A stretch of 64,000 nt of DNA from a bacterium (GTDB lineage Bacteria; CAIWAD01): assembly GCA_030685015.1 (NCBI GenBank), contig JAUXWS010000059.1:87052-151051 (forward strand), written 5' to 3'. This document shows, one piece after another, positions 1 through 7,811 of the stretch; the stretch's first letter is position 1, and each line of letters begins with the position of its first letter. The translations under genes were made by a program, and so were the position numbers. Below the pieces are notes generated by a model. That model saw only the letters and a program-made list of their open reading frames with translations, did not search any database and was not told the DNA's origin.

Positions 1-7
1 GGATGGT

Positions 8-418
8 TCAGGCGTTCTTCAGCAACCAGGCCACCGCGTCCTCCTCCGAGGATGCTTCCACCAGGATGATGCCGTGGGGACCCACCTTGGATTGGTAGGT
101 CAGGATCGACATGCGCGTCACGGCGCTATGGGAGGTGATGCTGATGAAGTGCTTGATGCCTTCATGGGCAAAGGCGGGAAAGACCTCACGGTCGATGCAA
201 TCCTGGATCTCTTGGCTGAAAGACCCCCGCGCCGCGCTGCTGTCGACAATCCAGGCCTTTCCCCCCTTGGCCCGGGCGTGGGACAAGCCCTTCTCCAACA
301 CGGCCGCCCGGAACTCCGCCAAGGTCACGCCATAGTTGGTCCAGGTGTCGATGATGGCCCTGCTCGACGGATCATAGCGCACCGTCAACTTGCCCGGAAT
401 GGAGTAGACATGATCCAT
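8..418 (-). CDS. Hypothetical protein, SpoIIAA/STAS-like small alpha/beta protein (136 aa)
   Basis: ATG at 418 preceded by AGAAGG; natural protein composition; C-terminal 'EEDAVAWL' typical of SpoIIAA-like proteins. Confidence 0.6.
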   Translation of the reverse strand: MDHVYSIPGKLTVRYDPSSRAIIDTWTNYGVTLAEFRAAVLEKGLSHARAKGGKAWIVDSSAARGSFSQEIQDCIDREVFPAFAHEGIKHFISITSHSAVTRMSILTYQSKVGPHGIILVEASSEEDAVAWLLKNA

Positions 419-530
419 GTCGGCCTTCTGCTTGCGATGATTCGAACCCTTCGTCCTTCGTCGACTGTATCGGTGTGGGTGGTAAGGATCTGAACCAGTG
501 TCAACCTTGAATTGTGCTCGGAAGACATGG

Positions 531-556
531 GAAGAGGGTCCCAAAGGACCCTCTTC
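531..556 (-). terminator. Hairpin/terminator downstream of the secreted protein gene
   Basis: Perfect 11-bp inverted repeat GAAGAGGGTCC-CAAA-GGACCCTCTTC about 20 nt after the stop at 578; U-tract weak. Confidence 0.55.
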
Positions 557-577
557 TTCTGAAGTGACTATGACGAA

Positions 578-2998
578 CTACTTGACCAGCAATACCTTTT
601 CGGCTCCGATGCGGGCGCCGTCCACCGCCAGCTCCACCAAGTAATGTCCGCTTGCCATGGCCGCGCCGTTGAACACGACCCGATGCTCGCCCGCTGCGAC
701 CGGACCATCCATCAAACGCGCAACCAGACGGCCCTGGAGATCGAACACGGACAGGCTGGCCCGGCCGGGTCGATCCAACTGGTAGCTGATGGTCGTCATT
801 GGATTGAAGGGGTTGGGCCAGGCGCCGGCGAGGCGGGCCGTCGCCGGACGCGCGCCGCCATCCGGCAGGGAATCGATCAGCTCCTCGTGGCCGAAACAAT
901 GGAAATTGAACTGGAAATTATTGAGGGGAATCAGGGCGTTGTTCACAACCCGGTAGCTGGACACCTCCTCCCAGGTGCGGGGCACCAGTGTCAGGTTGGG
1001 CACAGGTCGAGGATCACCCGGCGTCTGGAAGGATTTCAGTTCCAGGGGCAGGACTTCGATCCAGAAAGGCTGGGTGAAGGGCTCCAACAGGCCGGCCACG
1101 CTGACGCCGATCCAGTCCTCGCTGGCATCGCCGCCGGCGTAGCTCGGCGCATAGTTGTGGTCGGATTGATGGAGGAGCGTCCCATTGACGGGCAGGCCGC
1201 TCCAAACCTTCAGGCGCCAGGCACTGGCATCCTCGGGGGGGATGTTGAAGCTGGCGAAGCGAAGGCGCAGGCTGTCGAGGGCGTAGCCCATGCTGGGGCC
1301 CATCTGGGGTGGCTGGAAGCGCTGGGCGTAGCCCAGGCCCAGGGCGTCACCAGAACCGGTGGTGTGGAGGAATTCAGGATTGGTGACATCCCAGCCGTAA
1401 TCGTTGGCCAGTTCCAGGACGCCGGTCGGCCGCACGATGTAACTGGGCAGATTGAGGCGATCGTTGGGGGCGTAGCCGTCCGGCGTCATCAGGCGGATCT
1501 GTGGAAAGTGCAGGCTGGTGGCGTCCGGGGTCAGCGAGAAGGCGACGTCCACGTGCTGGTGCTGTTCCAGGCTGAAGGTGCCGCCCAGGGCTGTCGGCAG
1601 GTTGTCCATGTAGAGGGACCACTGGACATCCTGCGCCTGGTTGAGACCGAAGTTCTGGAAGGTGGCGGTGCCGGGAATGGGCCGCCCCAGGGTCCGCGGG
1701 TACGGCAGGCGGAACTCCGTCACACCCACGTCATTGGGCAACAGGGGAGATCCCACCACGCGGAAATCGTCCACGAAGAAGCCGGTTCCGGTGCCGCCGT
1801 CGTGGTTGTTGTCCGTCTGGACCCGGAAGCGGAAGAAGACGAGATTGCCGCCCAGGAAGCTCACGTTGGTGGAGCGTCCGTGGCCGCCCCCATCCATGAA
1901 GTGGTACCACTGCCCGCTGCCCGTTTCCGTGTCGTAGTAGTCATAGAAAAGGGAGCGCCAGACGAAACCATCCAGGCTGTACTCCAGCAGGAAGTAGTCG
2001 TCCAGGCTGCTGTCGCCGTCGCCATCGTAGTCCAGCAGGTCGACCTTGGTCCAGAAGTCGATGAGCATGGTGTAGTTGGCCGGCAGGAAGATGGGGGGGC
2101 TGTAGATCACGTTGCTGATGGGCACTGCCTGGTTGGCCACTTGACAATGCACGCTGAAGGGACTGCTGTGGAAGGTGGTGGAGACGGCCCAGTGGTCGCC
2201 CGCCGCCGGCACGCCGGAGTAATGAAGGGTGGGTCCGGGGGTGTCCACGCCGTCGGCATTGTTCTGCAGCAGGATGAGGGCTCCGTCCGCCACCTGGATG
2301 TTGTCCAGCTGCATGCCGGTCAGGGCATCGTCATCCGGAAAGGATGTGTAGTCGTCGCTGGCGAAGGCGAAACGGATGCGGGTGGCGGTGGAACGATAGG
2401 GCGTCAGGTCGCAGACGGCATTGCGCCAGGTGTTGCCCAGCCCGGCCCAGCCCGCCCGGATGCCATGGCCGAAGATTTCCCCGAAGGCGAAGGCGTTGCT
2501 TACCGTGTAGGCCGGCGTCGAGGGCGTGAGCAGCTGCCAGGGTCCGGCGCCCATCTTCACTTCCACGTGGCAGGCATCCCACCCATCGTAGGGGGCGGGG
2601 GCACCGGCCGGGCTCTCCAGCGCCCAGAAGAGGTTGAAGGTAAGCTGCGGGCTGGTGGTGGCGCTCAAATTGAGGGGCGGCAGCTCCAGGAAGAGCAGGG
2701 TGTGGTCCAGGTAGCCGCCCACGTCGACGCTGGCGGACCACCAGTTCCAGGAGCCATCGAAACTGTTGAAGCTGCTCATGTGCCAGGTGCTGCCCTGGTC
2801 GGTCAAGTCCTGGCTGGTCCAACCGTCAAAGCCGGTGATGAAGTTCACCTCGTAAAGTGTCGTGTCCGTCCGGCTGGCATCCCGCTGCACGGGGGGCGGG
2901 AAATCTCGCGTCTCCACCCGGAAGGGGCTGAAGCTTGCGTGGGCAAGTCCCGCCAGGAGCAGCAGGAGGCACAATGCAGAAGCGCGCCGCTTGGCCAT
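578..2998 (-). CDS. Secreted multidomain protein: two adhesin/immune-inhibitor-A-like jelly-roll domains, CARDB-like Ig domain, FlgD-Ig/T9SS-type C-terminal domain
   Basis: SD GAGGAGG before ATG 2998; signal peptide (LLLLAGLAHA); repeated 'RFRF..D....G...DD' jelly-roll motifs; C-terminal PNPFNP..TISY.L..VFDLQGRLV..MASGHY..KVLLVK. Confidence 0.75.
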   Translation of the reverse strand: MAKRRASALCLLLLLAGLAHASFSPFRVETRDFPPPVQRDASRTDTTLYEVNFITGFDGWTSQDLTDQGSTWHMSSFNSFDGSWNWWSASVDVGGYLDHTLLFLELPPLNLSATTSPQLTFNLFWALESPAGAPAPYDGWDACHVEVKMGAGPWQLLTPSTPAYTVSNAFAFGEIFGHGIRAGWAGLGNTWRNAVCDLTPYRSTATRIRFAFASDDYTSFPDDDALTGMQLDNIQVADGALILLQNNADGVDTPGPTLHYSGVPAAGDHWAVSTTFHSSPFSVHCQVANQAVPISNVIYSPPIFLPANYTMLIDFWTKVDLLDYDGDGDSSLDDYFLLEYSLDGFVWRSLFYDYYDTETGSGQWYHFMDGGGHGRSTNVSFLGGNLVFFRFRVQTDNNHDGGTGTGFFVDDFRVVGSPLLPNDVGVTEFRLPYPRTLGRPIPGTATFQNFGLNQAQDVQWSLYMDNLPTALGGTFSLEQHQHVDVAFSLTPDATSLHFPQIRLMTPDGYAPNDRLNLPSYIVRPTGVLELANDYGWDVTNPEFLHTTGSGDALGLGYAQRFQPPQMGPSMGYALDSLRLRFASFNIPPEDASAWRLKVWSGLPVNGTLLHQSDHNYAPSYAGGDASEDWIGVSVAGLLEPFTQPFWIEVLPLELKSFQTPGDPRPVPNLTLVPRTWEEVSSYRVVNNALIPLNNFQFNFHCFGHEELIDSLPDGGARPATARLAGAWPNPFNPMTTISYQLDRPGRASLSVFDLQGRLVARLMDGPVAAGEHRVVFNGAAMASGHYLVELAVDGARIGAEKVLLVK

Positions 2999-3129
2999 GG
3001 GAAGTTCCTCCTCGACAACGCACCTGGAGCCATGATCAGGTGCCGTTGAATACCGCATGCGGCGGAAGGGTGAATCGTCCCTTCTCGCGTGGATCGCCGC
3101 CAATGTGTGGATCGGTTGCCGCCGGGCGC

Positions 3130-3369
3130 CTACCAGGCCTGCTCCACAATGATCTCCGGGTCAACCTCCTGGCGCAGGATGCGCTCGATCCCCGCCTTGA
3201 GCGTGACCGTGGAGGAGGGGCAGCCTGAGCAGGCGCCGCCCAGGCGCAGGAAGACCACCTTGTCGCGGATTTCGACCAGCTCGCAGAAGCCACCGTCCAT
3301 GGCCAGTGCGGGTGCGATCTTCTCTTCCAGGATCTGGGCGATCTGATCCGTCATCGTCGTGTCGCTCAT
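3130..3369 (-). CDS. NifU/Nfu C-terminal domain Fe-S cluster scaffold protein
   Basis: PALAMDGG...LGGACSGCPSS..TLKAGIE motif with CxxC. Confidence 0.9.
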   Translation of the reverse strand: MSDTTMTDQIAQILEEKIAPALAMDGGFCELVEIRDKVVFLRLGGACSGCPSSTVTLKAGIERILRQEVDPEIIVEQAW

Positions 3370-3479
3370 GGGACCTTTCCACCTTGAACCGGGCTGAACA
3401 TGCCAATCTGCTCGCGGTCGTCGTGTGCTCGTCGGCACCTCGCCCGGCCAGAGACCAGGCAGGAGAACTCGGGACGGAC

Positions 3480-4142
3480 TCAATGAGGCAGATTCGGCCC
3501 CCTGCCGCAAGACGAACCTGAGGGGATGGCTTTCGCCCCGATGGGGCGAAAGGAGGCCGCGTGGCGGCGAAAGTTGCGGATCATGAGCGGTCCGGCGTCA
3601 CTCAAGAAGGACTCTGGATGAAACTGCAGGCCCCACAGTCCCATCTGCTCATGGCGCAGGGACATCAGGAGTCCGGGTTGGCACACGGCATCCACCAGCA
3701 GGCCGGGACCGGCCACGGCCGGAAGGGGCATCGCCCCGCAACCTGACAGCACCAGGCTGTGGTAACGGGCCACGGACAAGTCCGGCGGACAACCGGCGAA
3801 CAAGCCCAGGCCCGAATGCCGCAGCGGCACGGCATGGCCATGCACGGGGCGGGGGGCGCGGACCAGCTTCATGCCCAGCCACTCGCCGATGGCTTGATGA
3901 CCCAGGCAGATGCCCAGAATGGGCATCTGCCCGGCGCAGGCCGCCAGAATCTCCCATAGCCCGCGGCATTGCCGGGGTCGGCCGGGACCTGGGGACAGGA
4001 TGAGGGCTTCGGGGCGATGCCCCGGAAGCGCGCCGGGATCCACCTTGTCCACGCGCGCCACCACCGGCTCCTTCCAGGCCAGCGCCAGCAGATGCGCCAG
4101 GTTGTGCGTGAAGGAGTCGTGGTTGTCGATCAAGAGCAACAT
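3480..4142 (-). CDS. Class I glutamine amidotransferase, aminodeoxychorismate/anthranilate synthase component II (PabA/TrpG family)
   Basis: IDNHDSFTHNL, SPGPGRP, GICLGHQ, RYHSL, QFHPES motifs. Confidence 0.9.
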   Translation of the reverse strand: MLLLIDNHDSFTHNLAHLLALAWKEPVVARVDKVDPGALPGHRPEALILSPGPGRPRQCRGLWEILAACAGQMPILGICLGHQAIGEWLGMKLVRAPRPVHGHAVPLRHSGLGLFAGCPPDLSVARYHSLVLSGCGAMPLPAVAGPGLLVDAVCQPGLLMSLRHEQMGLWGLQFHPESFLSDAGPLMIRNFRRHAASFRPIGAKAIPSGSSCGRGPNLPH

Positions 4143-4143
4143 G

Positions 4144-6552
4144 TCATGCTTTCGGGGCGATGCCCCGAAAGCGCCGCCGCCCCTTCGGCAACAGGATGAG
4201 CTTCAGCACCTCCTCCATCCGCCGCACCGGCACGAAGTCCAGCTTGTCGCGGATGGCAGCGTGCATGTCCACCAGGTCCCGTTCATTGTCGGCCGGGATC
4301 AGCACCCGGGCGATTCCGGCCCGCAGGGCCGCCATCGCCTTCTCATTCAGCCCGCCGATGGGCAGCACCTCGCCATGCAGGGTCACCTCCCCCGTCATCG
4401 CCGTGTCGGGCCGCACCAGGCGACCCGTGGCCGCGCTGGCCATGGCCGTCACCAGGGTGATGCCGGCCGAGGGCCCGTCCTTGGCGATGGCGCCCTCCGG
4501 GATGTGCACATGGAGATCCTGCTTGTCGAAAAACCCCGGCCGGATGCCCAGCTCGTCGGCGTGCGTGCGCAGCCAGGTCAGTGCCGCCATGGCGCTTTCC
4601 TTCATCACGTCGCCCAGCTTGCCGGTCATGGTCAGGCGGCCACGCCCCGGATAGATCCCCACCTCGATCTGCAGCAGATCGCCGCCCACGGGCGTCCAGG
4701 CCAGGCCGACGGCGCGCCCCAGCATCGCCTCCTGCGGAGCCCGCTTCTCGATGATGTTGGGCAGACCCAGATAACCCGTCAGCGAAGCCTCGTCCACCAC
4801 CACCGTCGGCGGCCGCCGGACACGCTTGCGACCGGCGGCGTCGGCCCGGCTCACCTGTTCGCGCGCCACGCGCCGGCAGATCTTGGCGATGCGGCGCTCC
4901 AGGGTACGCACCCCCGCCTCCTGCGTGTACTGCATGATGAGGGCCTCCAGCGCGGTCTGCTCGAAGCGGACCAGGGCCGGATCCAAGCCGTGCAGGGCCA
5001 CCTGGCGCGGCACCAGGAAGTCGGTGGCGATGCGCTGTTTCTCATGCAGCAGGTAGCCGGGCAGATTGATGATCTCCATGCGGTCGCGCAGGGCGGGAGG
5101 AATGTCCGCCGCCACATTGGCCGTGGTGATGAACATCACCTCGCTCAGATCGAAGTCCAGGTCCAGGTAGTGGTCGTTGAAGCTGTTGTTCTGCTCCGGA
5201 TCCAGCACCTCCAGCAGCGCGGCCGAGGGATCGCCGCGGAAGTCCATGGACATCTTGTCGATCTCGTCGAGGAGGATGACCGGGTTGTGGCTGCCCGCCT
5301 TCTTCATGCCCTGGATCAGCCGGCCGGGCATGGCGCCGATGTAAGTCCGCCGGTGGCCGCGGATCTCCGCCTCGTCCCGCACGCCACCCAGGGACATGCG
5401 GACGAAGTTGCGCTTGAGGGCGTTGGCGATGCTGCGGCCCAGGCTGGTCTTGCCCACGCCGGGCGGTCCCACGAAACAGATGATCTGCCCGCGCATCTTC
5501 TTCACCAGCCGCAGCACGGCCAGGTGTTCCAGGATGCGCTCCTTGGGTTTGTCCAGGCCGTAGTGGTCCTCGTTCAAGGTGCGCTCGGCGTTGGCGATGT
5601 CCAGGTTGTCCGCCGTGCGCCCGGTCCAGGGCAGGGCGAAGATCCAGTCCAGGTAGGTGCGGATGACATGGGCCTCCGGACTCATGGACGGCATCTGGCG
5701 GAGCTTGTCCAGCTCCTCCTCCACCCGCTGCCTTGCCTCGGCCGGCAGCTCCGTCTTCCCCAGCTGCTCCTTGTAGCGGCCCACCACGCCGTCCTCGTCG
5801 TCGGACTGCTCCCCCAGCTCCTCGCGGATGACACGAAGCTGTTCCTGCAGGTAGTAGGCACGCTGGTGCTTGCTGATCTTGTCGCGCACCTGGCCCTCGA
5901 TGGTGCGCTCCAGCTCGAGGATGCTGTTCTCACTCTCCAGCAGCGCCGTGATGTACTCCAGCCGGTCCACCAGCTCTTCCGCCTCGAGGATGGGCTGCTT
6001 CTTGTCCACGCCGTGGACGATGTGGGCGGCGATGAAGTCGATCAGCAGGCTGATGTTGGGCAATTGCTCGATGCTGGCCAGGATCTCATCGGGGAGATTG
6101 GGGTTGAGATTCACATAGCGCCGGAAGAGGGTGGCCGCCACGCGAGAGAGAGCCTGCAACTGCGGCGTGTCCGCCTTCTCCTCGCCGGCCAGGGCCTTGA
6201 TCTCGACGAAACGCACGCCCTTGGCCTGGGTGTAGCGGCTGATGCGGGCGCGGGTGACGCCCTCGACCAGGACGCGCAGCACGCCGTTGGGCATTTTCAG
6301 CACCTGGAGGATCTTCACCATGGTGCCCACCGGGTAAAGGCCGTCGCGGCGGGGCTCCTCGTCCTGGGCGTTGCGCTGCGCCACCACGAAGAGGAGACGG
6401 TCCCGCACCATGGCCGCCTCCACCGCCTTGACCGAGGTCTCCCGCCCGATGAGGAGCGGGAAGATCATGTAGGGGAAGAGCACCACATCGCGCAGGGGAA
6501 TGGCGGGCAGTCGCTCCGGGATCTTGATGGGTTTGGGACGGGCCTCTGGCAT
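4144..6552 (-). CDS. lon: ATP-dependent protease La (Lon)
   Basis: LON N domain (PLRDVVLFP), Walker A GPPGVGKTS, DEIDK, KDGPSAG catalytic Ser, GGLNEK. Confidence 0.98.
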   Translation of the reverse strand: MPEARPKPIKIPERLPAIPLRDVVLFPYMIFPLLIGRETSVKAVEAAMVRDRLLFVVAQRNAQDEEPRRDGLYPVGTMVKILQVLKMPNGVLRVLVEGVTRARISRYTQAKGVRFVEIKALAGEEKADTPQLQALSRVAATLFRRYVNLNPNLPDEILASIEQLPNISLLIDFIAAHIVHGVDKKQPILEAEELVDRLEYITALLESENSILELERTIEGQVRDKISKHQRAYYLQEQLRVIREELGEQSDDEDGVVGRYKEQLGKTELPAEARQRVEEELDKLRQMPSMSPEAHVIRTYLDWIFALPWTGRTADNLDIANAERTLNEDHYGLDKPKERILEHLAVLRLVKKMRGQIICFVGPPGVGKTSLGRSIANALKRNFVRMSLGGVRDEAEIRGHRRTYIGAMPGRLIQGMKKAGSHNPVILLDEIDKMSMDFRGDPSAALLEVLDPEQNNSFNDHYLDLDFDLSEVMFITTANVAADIPPALRDRMEIINLPGYLLHEKQRIATDFLVPRQVALHGLDPALVRFEQTALEALIMQYTQEAGVRTLERRIAKICRRVAREQVSRADAAGRKRVRRPPTVVVDEASLTGYLGLPNIIEKRAPQEAMLGRAVGLAWTPVGGDLLQIEVGIYPGRGRLTMTGKLGDVMKESAMAALTWLRTHADELGIRPGFFDKQDLHVHIPEGAIAKDGPSAGITLVTAMASAATGRLVRPDTAMTGEVTLHGEVLPIGGLNEKAMAALRAGIARVLIPADNERDLVDMHAAIRDKLDFVPVRRMEEVLKLILLPKGRRRFRGIAPKA

Positions 6553-6665
6553 CGTGCGTCACTTTCCATGGTCTGCCGCGCTCCCGCCCGCCGCCAATGG
6601 GCCGCCGTGCGCGTGGATGGTGCGTGGGATGGCAGAATGTAGGAAAGGCGGACCCGGGACAGGAT

Positions 6666-7577
6666 CTATCCCCCGAACTGCTCCGCCACAGCCTCCGCTT
6701 CCCGCAGGAGAAGCTCCGCGTCCAGCCCGCTGATTTCCCCGCCCAGATCCCGGCAGGCCAGGCCGCCCGCCACCGCGGCGCAGGCCAGGGCCTGGCGCAA
6801 GGGGTAGCGCTTCAGCAAGGCCCAGGCCAGGGTGCCGTGATAGGCGTCACCGGCGCCGGTGGTGTCCACCACGGTTCCCGGAGACCAGGCAGGCACCCAG
6901 CCGGGCTCGCCGCCCCGCTCGCACACGATGGCCCCGCCCGCCCCCATGGTGATGATGGCCAGACGCGGCCCGGCCTCGGCCAATTGGGCGGCGGCCTTCA
7001 GCAGGTCCAGCCCCGGGTGCCTGCTCATGACAAAGGCCTTGGAGACGGCCACCACGTCCGCCGCCGCCACCAGCGGCGCAATCTCCTCCCGCGGGCCGCC
7101 CAGATCCAGCAGCACGGTCATGCCGCCGGCGCGGGCGCGGCGGGCGGCCTCCCGCGCGATGGGTTCCTTGCCGTCCAGGAGCAGGCAGCCCTCCCCCCAG
7201 GGCAGACGCTCCAGCAGGGTGGCCGGATAGTCGGGCAGGCCGCCCCGGTCCAGCACGACCGTGCGCTTGCCGTGGCGCGCCTCCACCCAGATCGAGGCGC
7301 GCGGCGTGGCCTGTCCGGCGCAGACCTGAAGACCATCCAGATCCACACCCGCCGCTTCGAAGTCCCGGCGGATGCGCTGGCCCGCCTCGTCGTCACCCAC
7401 ACAGCCGGCGAAGTGAACCTCGGCCCCCAGCGCCGCCGCCGTGATGGCCGCCCGCGCCGCCGGCCCCCCGGTGCAGGTGCGGCCGCGGCGGGCGGTCACT
7501 TTGCTGTCCATGGCGGGATAGTGGTCCACCAGCAGCAGGTGGTCCAGCACGATGTGGCCCAGGGCGATCAGACGCAT
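6666..7577 (-). CDS. PfkB/ribokinase-family carbohydrate kinase
   Basis: GGPAARAA, VGDDEAG, VDTTGAGDAY PfkB signatures. Confidence 0.9.
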   Translation of the reverse strand: MRLIALGHIVLDHLLLVDHYPAMDSKVTARRGRTCTGGPAARAAITAAALGAEVHFAGCVGDDEAGQRIRRDFEAAGVDLDGLQVCAGQATPRASIWVEARHGKRTVVLDRGGLPDYPATLLERLPWGEGCLLLDGKEPIAREAARRARAGGMTVLLDLGGPREEIAPLVAAADVVAVSKAFVMSRHPGLDLLKAAAQLAEAGPRLAIITMGAGGAIVCERGGEPGWVPAWSPGTVVDTTGAGDAYHGTLAWALLKRYPLRQALACAAVAGGLACRDLGGEISGLDAELLLREAEAVAEQFGG

Positions 7578-7811
7578 GAGAAGTCCTTCCGGCAAGGATG
7601 GCGGAAGGTAGGGAAGCGCCTGCACCCCGGCCGGTCAATGATGGGCCGAGCGCATCCCGGGTGGCAGGTGGATTCGGCTGACCCGATCGCCACCTTCCGT
7701 CCAGGAATCTTGACGCGTGGAACCTGCGCCCGCGGCCCGCGGTCTGGTGGCCGCGCCGGCCATCCGCGGGGGCGGCCGCCACCGGTCCATATCAGCCAGG
7801 GACTTCAGCTC

